This document shows positions 26,930-37,736 of a stretch of DNA of 64,000 bases, in pieces; positions within the stretch are counted from its first letter, which is position 1; each line of letters starts with the position of its first letter. Made by a program: the position numbers and the translations under genes. Under the pieces are notes generated by a model. That model was not told the DNA's origin, did not search any database, and worked only from the letters and a program-made list of their open reading frames with translations. Source of the DNA: Candidatus Hermodarchaeota archaeon (GTDB lineage Archaea; Asgardarchaeota; Hermodarchaeia; Hermodarchaeales; Hermodarchaeaceae); assembly GCA_016839805.1 (NCBI GenBank), contig JAEOTO010000031.1:64001-128000 (forward strand), given 5' to 3'.

Positions 26930-28839
26930 TGACCAAGATCGACTATGAAAAAGTTGGAGCGTTAATTGGTATTGAAGTCCACCAGCAGCTCGATACTAAG
27001 ACTAAGCTCTTTTGCAGCTGTCCGACTAAAATTCGCGAAGATGAACCACATTTTACATTTCTCCGTCGGTTACGTCCCACTCAAAGTGAATTAGGTGAAG
27101 TTGATCCCGCAGCTTTATTTGAATTTCACAAGGGACGAGTTCACATCTATGAGAATTACAACGATAGTATTTGCCTCGTCGAACAAGATGAAGAACCGCC
27201 CCATCTTCTCGACAAGGAAGCTGTGAATTTTGCCCTTGAAATCGCATTGCTCATGAACGCACAACCTGTCGATGAGATTCAAATCATGCGGAAATTGGTG
27301 ATTGACGGAAGCAATACCACTGGATTTCAACGCAGTGTAGTAGTAGCCTTCGGGGGAGCAATTCAAGTAAATGGGTTAGAGGTTCCAATACAGACAATTG
27401 GTGTCGAAGAGGATGCAGCTAGGAAAATCCGCGAAGAGGGAGCTAGAACTTATTGGCGGTTAGATCGGTTAGGAATACCCTTGATTGAAGTTGCCACAGC
27501 TCCTGTTATGAAAACACCAGAACAAGTGCAAGCGACTGCTCTTCGAATTGGTCAAATCTTTCGAGTCACCGGTAAGGTCAAACGAGGGCTAGGAACCATT
27601 CGTCAAGACATTAATGTTTCAATTAAAGACGGGGCAATAATTGAGATTAAGGGTGTTCAGAAACTCAATCTCATTGGACAAGTAGTAAAGTACGAAGTGC
27701 AACGCCAAGTCGAACTCTTGAAGTTACGAGATGAATTGAAAAAACGTGGGGTTCGTGCCAGCAAAATAACAAAAAGGGTTCACGAAGTAACCTCCCTATT
27801 CAAGAAAAGCACAAGCAAAGTCATTAAAGCAGCATTGAAACGCAAGGAGGGTGTATTCGCCCTTATGCTTCCAGGTTTTGCAAGTTTAGTAGGTAAAGAA
27901 CTTCAACCTGGTCGCCGATTGGGGAGTGAATTCGCAGATTATGCCCAGTTTTGGGGTGGAGTGAAAGGAGTTTTCCATACGGATGAACTGCCCAAGTACG
28001 GAATTACCACAAACGATGTTGAAAATTTACGAAAACATTTACAGGCTAAGAAAGCGGATGCGATCATTATTGTTGCTGCGACCAAGACAGCTGCTACTGA
28101 AGCGCTAAAAGCTGTTGGTGACCGTGCTCGTCAGTCATTGAAGGGAGTTCCTGCTGAAACACGAGGTCCACTTGCGGATGGAACAACACGATATTCACGT
28201 CCTCGTCCTGGTGCCGCTCGGATGTACCCAGAGACGGATGTCGCTCCTGTGTCTGTAACAGTAGAACATCTTGATCAGATACGAAAACAGTTACCCGAGT
28301 TACCGGAAGAGAAAATACACAAGTTCCAAGAAGAGTATCAACTCAGCGAAGAACTAGCCCAAATTATGATCCGCTCCTTACGTATAGACCTCTTTGAAGC
28401 AATCACCAAGCAGCATCCTGAATTAGCAGTGATTATTGCTTCAACTCTCGAAACTCTATGGAGGAATCTTGAAAGAGAGGAAATCGCAGTTGATGACATT
28501 TCAGAGCAGCAGATAGTCCTCCTTTTTGATAGACTAGCTCAAAACCAATTTGCAAAGGAGGCTATTCCTGAACTATTAACCTGGCTAGCGAATAACCCTG
28601 ATGGTGCGGTAGATGATGGAATAGAAGCTTTGGGATTGGGTGTGATCTCTCAAAAAGAACTTGAAGCTATTGTCTCAAAAATTGTGAAAGCAAACAAGGA
28701 GATGATTGCTGAACGTGGTGAACGGGCAATGGGACCCCTGATGGGAAAGGTCATGAATGAGGTACGAGGTCGAGCAGATGGAAAACTTGTGAACGAGCTC
28801 CTTCGTTCAGCAATTCGAACGCAGCTTGAACCACAATAG
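26929..28839 (+). CDS. gatE: Glu-tRNA(Gln) amidotransferase subunit E
   Basis: GIEVHQQL, DEEPP, DGSNTTGFQR, EEDAAR, GTIRQD, RMYPETD. Confidence 0.96.
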   Translation: MTKIDYEKVGALIGIEVHQQLDTKTKLFCSCPTKIREDEPHFTFLRRLRPTQSELGEVDPAALFEFHKGRVHIYENYNDSICLVEQDEEPPHLLDKEAVNFALEIALLMNAQPVDEIQIMRKLVIDGSNTTGFQRSVVVAFGGAIQVNGLEVPIQTIGVEEDAARKIREEGARTYWRLDRLGIPLIEVATAPVMKTPEQVQATALRIGQIFRVTGKVKRGLGTIRQDINVSIKDGAIIEIKGVQKLNLIGQVVKYEVQRQVELLKLRDELKKRGVRASKITKRVHEVTSLFKKSTSKVIKAALKRKEGVFALMLPGFASLVGKELQPGRRLGSEFADYAQFWGGVKGVFHTDELPKYGITTNDVENLRKHLQAKKADAIIIVAATKTAATEALKAVGDRARQSLKGVPAETRGPLADGTTRYSRPRPGAARMYPETDVAPVSVTVEHLDQIRKQLPELPEEKIHKFQEEYQLSEELAQIMIRSLRIDLFEAITKQHPELAVIIASTLETLWRNLEREEIAVDDISEQQIVLLFDRLAQNQFAKEAIPELLTWLANNPDGAVDDGIEALGLGVISQKELEAIVSKIVKANKEMIAERGERAMGPLMGKVMNEVRGRADGKLVNELLRSAIRTQLEPQ

Positions 28840-28854
28840 CGTTTAATACTCTTC

Positions 28855-29466
28855 TCAGTAGGCACCAATTAACAAGCATATCAGTGCCGTGATGAGCCCA
28901 ACTATTACTATGCGAAGCCCACCCGCCAATATATTCGTCTTAGCAATTCGACCCATCCAGACCCCCAAAAGAAAGAGAAAAACCAGTGTGATACTCACAG
29001 AAATAAAACCTGCAAATAAAAAATCCCAGGGAAACAACATCAATGGAATCAGTGGAAGAATGGCTGCAGGTAAAGGAGCGATACCATGAATGAAAGATGC
29101 CCAACCTGTGGCAAAGCGGACAGCTGAATCTACCATACATCCATCCATCGGACGTTGCATTTGCTGTTCCAAGTACTGAATCTCTTTTTTACGTTCCACT
29201 CGTTCTGCCTCATATGCACCCCATCCACTAGATAATGCTAGACCAACAGCTGCGCTTAAACCTGCCCTGACCAATATATCAAGTTCAGAAGGATTTACTA
29301 GCACGCCAAATAACATGGCTCCAGCGAGAGCAGCCAGGACAATAGCAACAATGGTCAAAGCACCATCAAATGCTCCAATAACAATATACCGACGAGTAAG
29401 AGCGCCTAGTTCTGTTATTTGCCAGTACATTCTCAAACGTTCTTGTAAACTAAGTTGGTTCGCCAT
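28855..29466 (-). CDS. VIT1/CCC1 family membrane protein
   Basis: RRYIVIG.FDG.LT, S..WGAYE.ER.E, PLIP motifs. Confidence 0.82.
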   Translation of the reverse strand: MANQLSLQERLRMYWQITELGALTRRYIVIGAFDGALTIVAIVLAALAGAMLFGVLVNPSELDILVRAGLSAAVGLALSSGWGAYEAERVERKKEIQYLEQQMQRPMDGCMVDSAVRFATGWASFIHGIAPLPAAILPLIPLMLFPWDFLFAGFISVSITLVFLFLLGVWMGRIAKTNILAGGLRIVIVGLITALICLLIGAY

Positions 29467-29582
29467 TCGTCACAACCTAACCCTTCGTTCACGAGGTTAT
29501 TACATAAAATCGAATAACAGAGATATGTGCCTAGATACCCAAAAAGGTCACGTTATTAGTTTACAGAGAAGGGTAATTGGCA

Positions 29583-31091
29583 TTATTTCTGCTTGGATGG
29601 ATGGAGAAAAGAAGGTATTTTCTTGAGAGAGTGCCGTGTTTGACTAGCACTATCACGATTACGAATAGTAGCGGTATCATCATCTAGAGTTTGTGGGTCA
29701 ATAGTAACTGCCTTGGGTATGCCAATTTCATCAGCCCGTGCATAACGACGTCCGATTCGCCCGCGGTCATCATAAAGAACAGCTAATCCCATCTTCCGAC
29801 TTTTTTCGTAGATTTCTTTCGCAACTTCTTCGAGTTCAGGACGATTGAGTAATGGCAGGATTACAGCATGGTATGGAGCTAAATTGGGAGGGAACTGAAA
29901 CCAAGACCATCCTCGGCTCTTATCTTTTGGGCGATAAGTATGCTCTAAAATGGCATAGAGGATACGATCAATTCCGAAAGAGGGTTCGACAACATGAGGG
30001 GTTATTTTTTCACCTTCTACTTCGATGCTCAACTCTTTTTGACTACCCTTCATGTGGGATTGAAGGTCGTGATCTCGGCGATAGGCATTACCAATCACTT
30101 CCTTCCAGCCAAAGCTGAACTGGATTTCCAAATCAAAGTTGCCCCCACTGTAATGAGGAGTTTCTTCTGGGCGCATATGACGAAATCGTATGATTTCTGC
30201 TGGTATTCCAAGCTGTTGAAAAAAGATCATTTCATCACCGAGTATACTTGCCATCCATTGGTTTGGTACAAATTGCTTTTCGAATGCTTCTTTAACAGTA
30301 AGTTGAGTCGAGGAATAATCAGTACTTGATTTTTCAGCAGCTTTGTTTTGTTCTTCACGAGTAACCAGGTTAATGGAAACGTTAGAGACCATATCAAAGA
30401 AAGGGCACTCATTCAAAGATCGAGGATCAATGAAATACTCAATTTCCATTTGGTTAAATTCTCGCACACGAACGATACTTTGACGAGGTGAAATCTCATT
30501 CCGGTAGGACCGACCAATTTGGGCGACACCAAATGGTAATTTTGCCCGCATGGCGGTTTGAACACGCTTAAAACCTAAAAAAATATTCTGGGCTGTTTCC
30601 GGTCGGAGAAAGGCTTGTCTACGGTCACCGCCTACATTAGTACCAAACATGAGCCCAAAACTTTTCACACCCCGCAAAGGCTCTCCACAAACGGGACATC
30701 GGATTTTGTGTTCCATGACTAAGTTAGCAAGTTCATCATTTGACTTCCCTTCGGCGGGTATCTTAAGTAGCTCTTCAATCAATTGGTCGATTCGAGTCAC
30801 ATGACCTTTCGAACATTCAGCAGATGGATCTGTGAAGTGATCAAGGTGTCCCGATGCTTTAAACACTTGACTGGGCAGAATTGTATTACCACTAATCTCA
30901 TAAACATAATCACGCGCTTCTACGAATTGAGTTTTCCAGAGATGGATCAGATTATTTCGAATCCGCGTTCCTATGGGACCAAAATCATAGAAACCAGCTA
31001 AGCCGCCATAAATTTCGGCACTGGGGTAGAGGATTCCACGTCTTAGTGAAACCGTCATTACCTCTTCAAGAAGCGATCGTGGCATATTCAT
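29583..31091 (-). CDS. glyS: Glycyl-tRNA synthetase (archaeal/eukaryal type)
   Basis: EIYGG, SGH..HFTDP, LRPETAQ, RNEISPR, EPSFGIDR, IGRRYARADEIG. Confidence 0.96.
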   Translation of the reverse strand: MNMPRSLLEEVMTVSLRRGILYPSAEIYGGLAGFYDFGPIGTRIRNNLIHLWKTQFVEARDYVYEISGNTILPSQVFKASGHLDHFTDPSAECSKGHVTRIDQLIEELLKIPAEGKSNDELANLVMEHKIRCPVCGEPLRGVKSFGLMFGTNVGGDRRQAFLRPETAQNIFLGFKRVQTAMRAKLPFGVAQIGRSYRNEISPRQSIVRVREFNQMEIEYFIDPRSLNECPFFDMVSNVSINLVTREEQNKAAEKSSTDYSSTQLTVKEAFEKQFVPNQWMASILGDEMIFFQQLGIPAEIIRFRHMRPEETPHYSGGNFDLEIQFSFGWKEVIGNAYRRDHDLQSHMKGSQKELSIEVEGEKITPHVVEPSFGIDRILYAILEHTYRPKDKSRGWSWFQFPPNLAPYHAVILPLLNRPELEEVAKEIYEKSRKMGLAVLYDDRGRIGRRYARADEIGIPKAVTIDPQTLDDDTATIRNRDSASQTRHSLKKIPSFLHPSKQK

Positions 31092-31289
31092 TCAACACCG
31101 GATTAGTTTTTTAGCCCTTTATTATAGGCTGTTGAGCCCATTTCATGCTTTATGCCTTTCTGAAACAGTCCGATGTATGAGAGAGGGTGACGAAACATTT
31201 TAAGCATGATGTGTGAGTGGTTAATTACTGCCCAGCGCAGAGATGTAGTTATTACGCTTTCATATTAGTGGGAAAGGTGTAATTCCGAA

Positions 31290-31997
31290 ATGTCACAGGA
31301 CGAATTTGGTCAAATGTACTGGAACGGTGTACGAGATGCGTTACGCATGGTGCAAACGTTCCAATTCTGGAAAGAAAAGAATCCGAACGAGGAACGAACG
31401 ATCGAAACTTTTGTAACTGATGCCCTTGAGGCCGTTCGCCAGAAATGTGCGCCCTGTCTCAAGGAAATCCTCGGTGTCACTTTTGGTGAAGGAGAAATTA
31501 CCACGGAAGATATCCTTCCCGGTCTTCAAGAGATTGCACCAGAGACTACAGAGATGCCTGAACCAGCACCCGAACCCGTGCCAGAGCCAGAACCGGAACC
31601 AATTCCGAAGCCAGAACCAGAAGTTACCCCACCACCAGTCCCTCCAGTCCCAGAGCCTGCTGAAATTCCAGAGCCAGTACCTGAACCGATTGAAGAACCA
31701 CCAACTCCGGATGTCTTTCTAGCGCCTGAAGAATCCGCAGCACCTGAACCAGCCCCAGAACCAGAACCCGCCTTCGAACCAGCACCCGAATTTGAAATCC
31801 CAACTGTGCCTGAACCAGCAAGCGAACCAGCACCCGAATTTGAAATCCCAACTGTGCCTGAACCAGCAAGCGAACCAGAACCCGCCTTTGAAGCACCATC
31901 TGAGCCACCACCACCAGTACCAGCTACACCAGCTACAACTGAAGAAGCTGCGGAAGACGAGGAAGAGAAGCCCAAACGCCGAACCTTCTTCTTCTAG
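31290..31997 (+). CDS. Hypothetical protein: small helical N-domain with CxxC plus a long Pro/Glu-rich disordered tail
   Basis: AGGTG SD; EP-rich low complexity; ends KPKRRTFFF. Confidence 0.75.
   Translation: MSQDEFGQMYWNGVRDALRMVQTFQFWKEKNPNEERTIETFVTDALEAVRQKCAPCLKEILGVTFGEGEITTEDILPGLQEIAPETTEMPEPAPEPVPEPEPEPIPKPEPEVTPPPVPPVPEPAEIPEPVPEPIEEPPTPDVFLAPEESAAPEPAPEPEPAFEPAPEFEIPTVPEPASEPAPEFEIPTVPEPASEPEPAFEAPSEPPPPVPATPATTEEAAEDEEEKPKRRTFFF
31776..31878 (+). repeat. Perfect 48-bp in-frame tandem repeat (2 copies plus a partial) encoding EPAPEFEIPTVPEPAS
   Basis: 31776-31823 is identical to 31824-31871. Confidence 0.9.
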
Positions 31998-32043
31998 ATC
32001 TAGTATCCTCTTTCCGGATTTTTTTTAGCGCAATGAGTCGATA

Positions 32044-32406
32044 TTAGGTAGATTGGAAAAGCCTTGCAAGCTCCTTTGCAGCTTGCTTAACCAGTAATAT
32101 CATAGCACCTAAATGCTGCTTCTTAAAAATCGCGACGAGTGACATATCATCATTCACGCCATGTAATACAAGACTTCCTGCCTCTGTATCTAGGATAACT
32201 CGATCCGGAGTCAGCGTGAAGAGTTTATTTGAGAGGTCGAGGGCAATACCAAGTAAAGAAGCCAGGCTTGCTGAAAGAAAGGTTTCTTCTACAGGAGCGC
32301 GAATCCGTGCTGTCACCGGAATACCCGTTTTCATTAACAATACAACAGCCACTAGTCCCCCAGCACGTTCATCAAAATTTTCTAGCACCTGTTCGATATC
32401 CGTCAT
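32044..32406 (-). CDS. Roadblock/LC7 (MglB-like) protein
   Basis: AVVLL.KTGIP, LSASLASLLG, VILDTEAG, LGAMIL.VKQAA..L; start trimmed to MTDIEQ. Confidence 0.8.
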   Translation of the reverse strand: MTDIEQVLENFDERAGGLVAVVLLMKTGIPVTARIRAPVEETFLSASLASLLGIALDLSNKLFTLTPDRVILDTEAGSLVLHGVNDDMSLVAIFKKQHLGAMILLVKQAAKELARLFQST

Positions 32407-32577
32407 CAAACGTTCCGCAACAACCGTCACGCCAAAACCTCCAACAAGACTCACTAAAGAAAACTAGAATCCACCCTGTTTAAGAGTTTGGGCAACCCCT
32501 CCATTGTGCAGGTTTAAGGGAAGAACAATAATCCAATCAAACACGGACTCGTTGCATAGCACGGAGATTCCTTGATG

Positions 32578-32895
32578 TTACAGAAGTGCAGCCAGTTCAT
32601 TCGTCATTGCTTCCTTTGGCCACACCCCAACATGCGTCTGCACCGGCTTACCATCCTTAAACATGATAAGCGTAGGGATTGCTGTAATCCGAAACTTTTG
32701 CGAAGTCTGCGGAGCCTGATCCGCATCAATCTTCGCGATCGCGACACGTTTTGCATCCACTTCCTTTTCAAGGTCTTCTAGAATTTTCGCCTGCAATTTG
32801 CAGGGTCCACACCAGACTGTAAAGACGTCGAGTATGACAATCTCGTTTTTTTGAATGAATTCGTCGATGGTATCATCGGTGAGTTCTTTTGCCAT
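32578..32895 (-). CDS. trxA: Thioredoxin
   Basis: WCGPC; IPTL.FKDG. Confidence 0.93.
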   Translation of the reverse strand: MAKELTDDTIDEFIQKNEIVILDVFTVWCGPCKLQAKILEDLEKEVDAKRVAIAKIDADQAPQTSQKFRITAIPTLIMFKDGKPVQTHVGVWPKEAMTNELAALL

Positions 32896-33062
32896 ATAGG
32901 GTTCCTCCGTATACCGGATTCTTAATGGTTTGAATAGAAAAGGATTGTGTACTTTCCGAAAAGGTGTTAGATTTCCAAGGAACTATTCGGAGTAAAATTA
33001 CCATAATTGATGATCGGATAAATGGTTTATTCTCTACGAAAACCGAAATGAATGCCCATAGT

Positions 33063-33584
33063 TTACGCGTTTTCGAGGAGGGTACGAATATTTAGTCCTT
33101 TACCAATCTCTCCTAGGTATCGAATGAAACTTAGGAGCAATTGGTCAAGACCGATGCCCCGGTGAGCTTGAGTGGGAAATACTGGTGCAGGAGAATTGAG
33201 AAGAGTCTTGATATGTTTAGCTTGGATCGCGCCGGGTAAATCTTGCTTATTAGCCGCAACAACAACTGGGGGGGGATTAGCCCCGAAGAGATCACGGAGG
33301 TATTGTTCAGCCTGGATGATTGTATGCGGGTTGGTACTGTCAACTACGAGAATAACGCCGTCGGTTCCAGATGAGAGGGCTTTCCGCACAAGGCTGAAGT
33401 GTTGCATGCCGGGACTGCCGAAGAGGTGGGCTTTTATGCCATTGTATTCGATGGTGCCAAAATCAAGACAGACGGTACTACCGTTAACATCTGTGGAGAT
33501 AGTGTGAGGGGAGACTTGTCTGATAAGGGTAGTTTTACCTACTGCATGAGGTCCCAGAAGGAGAATTTTCAGGTGCCGCATCAC
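33063..33584 (-). CDS. Small GTPase, MglA/Arf-like
   Basis: G1 GPHAVGKTT, TV.LDFG, G3 LFGSPG, G4 NKQD, G5 TQA. Confidence 0.9.
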   Translation of the reverse strand: MMRHLKILLLGPHAVGKTTLIRQVSPHTISTDVNGSTVCLDFGTIEYNGIKAHLFGSPGMQHFSLVRKALSSGTDGVILVVDSTNPHTIIQAEQYLRDLFGANPPPVVVAANKQDLPGAIQAKHIKTLLNSPAPVFPTQAHRGIGLDQLLLSFIRYLGEIGKGLNIRTLLENA

Positions 33585-33960
33585 GCTAGCCCCGCTGATT
33601 AAGCTCGTGAATGAGCTGTCTTAAGCCTTAAGGTTTATGCTCTCAAAGCCTAAGCATCTCTTCCAGGCTATGCAAACAATTTGTATATTTACAGTATTCG
33701 CGCGAATTTGACCGATTGGAAAGACTTTGGAGGGATGCTGGGGTTGGAAAAATGAATCGTTTCATGCGAGGAGGAGGGGAGGGTAAATAACGGGATAGGA
33801 GGGAGTTCCAATTTCCCCAACATCCTATCTCTGTTGTTTTGATTAATCCGGGTTTTTGTCGGTTTTTTACTCTTAAGCTTTATGGCATGAAACTGAATCT
33901 ATTCTTTTCTTAGTAAATGCGTAGAGGAATAGGTGATATGAGATTATTTTCTAGAAAAGT

Positions 33961-34290
33961 TCACTCTTCCACATAAACAACGGTTACATATTCAATGATG
34001 GCAAACCGGTCTTTACTACGGGAGATGAGTTTTAGGTCCTCACGAAGCGCGTTAAGATGAAGGAACCGTTTCAGATACGTGCGGAGCTGGGTTTTTGAGG
34101 GATGATTCTTATCGTCGCTCCTAACATAGACCTCGTTCTCAGCTAACGATATCGCGATGTCTTTAGAGAGTTTTTCACCGAGGAAGTTAACGAGGCCATC
34201 TCCAAGCTCACTACCATGATTGATTAGATCTTTGACCTCGATAGTGATGAAGGTCTTTTCCGGTTCTGGTTGGGGCTCTGCTTCAGACAT
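33961..34290 (-). CDS. rpl22e: Ribosomal protein eL22-like
   Basis: NFL.EK....SK.QLRTYLKRFLH...LREDL.LIS pattern matches the eL22 C-terminal half; start trimmed to MSEAEP. Confidence 0.7.
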   Translation of the reverse strand: MSEAEPQPEPEKTFITIEVKDLINHGSELGDGLVNFLGEKLSKDIAISLAENEVYVRSDDKNHPSKTQLRTYLKRFLHLNALREDLKLISRSKDRFAIIEYVTVVYVEE

Positions 34291-34342
34291 GACGGGTGTA
34301 TCCCACCAAAAGGCGAGTGTTATCTTACGAAAAGAATGCTCC

Positions 34343-34906
34343 TTATAAAGCCTCCTCTTCGTCACGCTCTAAGTTATTATTCAAAGGCGAAGTTGAGTGA
34401 GGTGGTAATGGTTGTGGGAGATCTTCATTGGGTTGGCGACGTTGTTGACGCCACCGGATAATGCTGGGGGCAAAGGCACCAAAAATTAGTGTGTAACCAG
34501 CATATAAAACAACAACCAGAAGATAGTAGAGGATGTTGAAGAAGGCAAGAACAAAACCCACAGCATATCCTAGAAGAAAGCCGGTGAGTGCTCGCATGGG
34601 GTTCCGACTTTCACGAATTTCTAATGTTTGAGTTGACCAATCAACAACAGCAGGAAGACTAAGAAGAAACGCTCCGAAGAAGGTTATGGGAGTCACGGCG
34701 ATGGGGAGGATGAAAAGATGAATGAAAAGCGCTGAAATGATTCCAACGAGAAGCGCTGAGCATCGAGCACAGATATGAAGGGTGTGACCACGTAAAGAGA
34801 TATGCCAGCAGCGGTTCAAATAGGGAGGCTCATGATGGCTAATGAGCAAGTGAAGTGTATTAATCATTCTTCGTTTCCACGACTTATTGGGAATACCTTC
34901 AGTCAT
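34343..34906 (-). CDS. DUF2085-like membrane protein
   Basis: SHH...R, ICARC, P..VDW.TQ...RES.N..R..TG.L.G. Confidence 0.8.
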   Translation of the reverse strand: MTEGIPNKSWKRRMINTLHLLISHHEPPYLNRCWHISLRGHTLHICARCSALLVGIISALFIHLFILPIAVTPITFFGAFLLSLPAVVDWSTQTLEIRESRNPMRALTGFLLGYAVGFVLAFFNILYYLLVVVLYAGYTLIFGAFAPSIIRWRQQRRQPNEDLPQPLPPHSTSPLNNNLERDEEEAL

Positions 34907-35028
34907 TACAACACCCTTAGATTTTCCGGAGATACACAGTTCCAGTGCATTAAAAACCCATTACACATCCTAGTTGATGGTTCACAATAAACATTTGGAA
35001 AACACAAAACTGTTCCAGGCGATATTTA

Positions 35029-35412
35029 ATGCCAGACTCTTCACCTCTAGCAGCAGCAGTGGGAATTGTGCTGAATAATAAGAAGCTGCTGGTCCTGGAA
35101 AATTCGGAGAGGCAACTTGAGCTTCCAGGGTTCATTATAACAGATGAAGAGAAAGCAGCAAAGAGTATTCACGAATTCATCCAGAGATTTAATCTCGATG
35201 GGCAACCACAACAAACGTTGTATCTAACTGCTTTTCGTCCAACAAAATCAACAAAGAAAACAGTACCTGCTATAGTTCAATTTGTACACCTAACAACCAC
35301 GCAGGAATTTGATATATCAAATACTTGGTATGAGCCGCTCACAAAACTCTTGAAGGACAAGCGAATAGCACCACTAACGCGAATCGTCACACAATGGCTG
35401 ACGTCGTATTAG
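35029..35412 (+). CDS. Degenerate NUDIX-fold-like protein
   Basis: VGIVL..KKLLVL......LELPG followed by no intact Nudix box (no REUXEE). Confidence 0.45.
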   Translation: MPDSSPLAAAVGIVLNNKKLLVLENSERQLELPGFIITDEEKAAKSIHEFIQRFNLDGQPQQTLYLTAFRPTKSTKKTVPAIVQFVHLTTTQEFDISNTWYEPLTKLLKDKRIAPLTRIVTQWLTSY

Positions 35413-35416
35413 CAGA

Positions 35417-35938
35417 TTATGCATCTATTAAGATTCTGAGGAATTCTATACTGAAATAACCCTTTCGACGGAGTTCCTCTAAGGGTGTGTGCAACTTAAT
35501 TGAAATATAGGAAGCTGCCCCCTTCACCCCAACCATCGATTTATATTCTTTTTTGAATTCAGGAAATGAAGTTGTCATTGCAAGTTGTCCTGCCGCCTGT
35601 TCAGAAATACGAATGAACACATCCGATTGTAGACTTCGTTCATAAGACATCACTAAGGGCTTGACACCTTCTTTACTTAGTAGGAGAGCTTCACCACCCA
35701 CAATCAATTGTAATCGCGTATCCTGAAGCGCCTTCGTTTTGGCTTCCATATCCGCGTCCGTAATGATACCCTCTAATCGCGTGATAAATGCATGAACAGG
35801 ATTTGTCATTGAAACCAAACTACTCTCAGGTATATCGAGTCTTTCAGGAGCGGAAGGCTTAGCATGTTGTTGCTCAACGGTGTTCTCAGTTTTTTCTTTC
35901 TTTTTTCGTTTAAACCAACGCATATCTTCATTCTCCAA
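35417..35938 (-). CDS. Hypothetical protein
   Basis: 173-aa ORF filling the gap between neighbours; basic MRWFKRKKK near the N-terminus. Confidence 0.6.
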   Translation of the reverse strand: MENEDMRWFKRKKKEKTENTVEQQHAKPSAPERLDIPESSLVSMTNPVHAFITRLEGIITDADMEAKTKALQDTRLQLIVGGEALLLSKEGVKPLVMSYERSLQSDVFIRISEQAAGQLAMTTSFPEFKKEYKSMVGVKGAASYISIKLHTPLEELRRKGYFSIEFLRILIDA

Positions 35939-36122
35939 TACTCTCTATGATACCCTTTCCTTCACGATCATAAAGCCGCCTGAAGAGAAGACGTATGTCG
36001 CAATAAAAGCGTGTCGAACCAGAAGTCTTGGAAGCGCTTGGAAACCGGAAAATTCAGTAGATATTCTAAAAGAGCGGGCTTTAAAGGCAATCTTGTCACA
36101 ATAGTGAGTCGGTGATTAAGCA

Positions 36123-36395
36123 ATGACAAAGGTGGCTGAAATTGTACACTTTTTCGAACAGAAGATATCCTCTGTACTTACAGTGGATGGATTTCTCCCT
36201 GAAACGAAAAAAGACCGATTCGTCAAAGAAGGTGGCTTTTTCATTCGGGTCGCCGATGGCGAAGGTAATGCTCAAACCATCAAGGTTTCGGACACCGAAA
36301 TGACCACCCTTATTTCAGATATTTCTATGGCCCTTGAGAACCATCGTCGAGCAAAACTTAATTTATTCAAAGAAATTGATGAGCGCCAACGTTAA
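36123..36395 (+). CDS. Hypothetical small protein
   Basis: GGTGA SD, TTTAAAG box upstream, beta-rich region then a helix. Confidence 0.7.
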   Translation: MTKVAEIVHFFEQKISSVLTVDGFLPETKKDRFVKEGGFFIRVADGEGNAQTIKVSDTEMTTLISDISMALENHRRAKLNLFKEIDERQR

Positions 36396-36423
36396 TCTTC
36401 ACAAAGATGCATTGTACCAAAAT

Positions 36424-37107
<684 letters not shown>

Positions 37108-37271
37108 TTATCACTAAATTCATTTTTCGCGTCAGTAGTGAGTAGTAGATGGGTATAATCCTTTTCATCCGTTCAACAGAAACCTATTACGCAGTTGTTT
37201 GAGTGTTTTGTTGAATTATTTTTAAGTTGCGCCAAACAATGGGTACCTACCTTAACTGAGGTTGGATAAAT

Positions 37272-37640
37272 ATGTCTAAAGAGGATCAAATGTTAGAAGA
37301 ATTAAAGCGGATAAGAGAAGCCGTCGAACCAGCGCCTCCAAAACCGCCCGAAAAGAAAAACCTATGGCAAGAGTTCAAAGACTTTCTTAAAGAATACAGA
37401 GTAATGGGTCTAGCTGTAGCGTTCATAATGGCTCTGTACCTAGGACGCCTCGTCTCGCAATTAGTTGCCAGTTTCATAACACCGATCACATCAATCATTT
37501 TCATTAGTATCGGATGGGAAGCGCCACCAGTAACACCCTTTACTCCAACGCTGTTCATCCAAGAGCTAATCACATTCATCATTGTAGCTTTGGTCATCTT
37601 CATACTAGTCAAAATTACATCGAGATTAGGCATCGAATAA
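37272..37640 (+). CDS. mscL: Large-conductance mechanosensitive channel family
   Basis: EFKDFL....V.GLAVAF, LV..LV...ITP, FI..LITFIIVA.VIF. Confidence 0.85.
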   Translation: MSKEDQMLEELKRIREAVEPAPPKPPEKKNLWQEFKDFLKEYRVMGLAVAFIMALYLGRLVSQLVASFITPITSIIFISIGWEAPPVTPFTPTLFIQELITFIIVALVIFILVKITSRLGIE

Positions 37641-37736
37641 ACACTAATAATCGTTGGCGAAAATTCCACTTCGGAAGCCAATAACTCGAAATAAATAGTT
37701 GCCATAATATTTGAAATAGAGTATACTACGTTTGAG

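Noticed and set aside
31776-31878. Possible CRISPR array
   Set aside because: In-frame coding tandem repeat without spacers; no cas genes in the window
31526-31975. Gly/Ser-rich minus-strand ORF
   Set aside because: Antisense shadow of the Pro/Glu-rich gene, which has the SD and a folded head domain
33063-33584. Prenylation system linking the ICMT-like genes and the small GTPase
   Set aside because: The GTPase has no CaaX terminus, and ICMT/PEMT-family genes are widespread in prokaryotes
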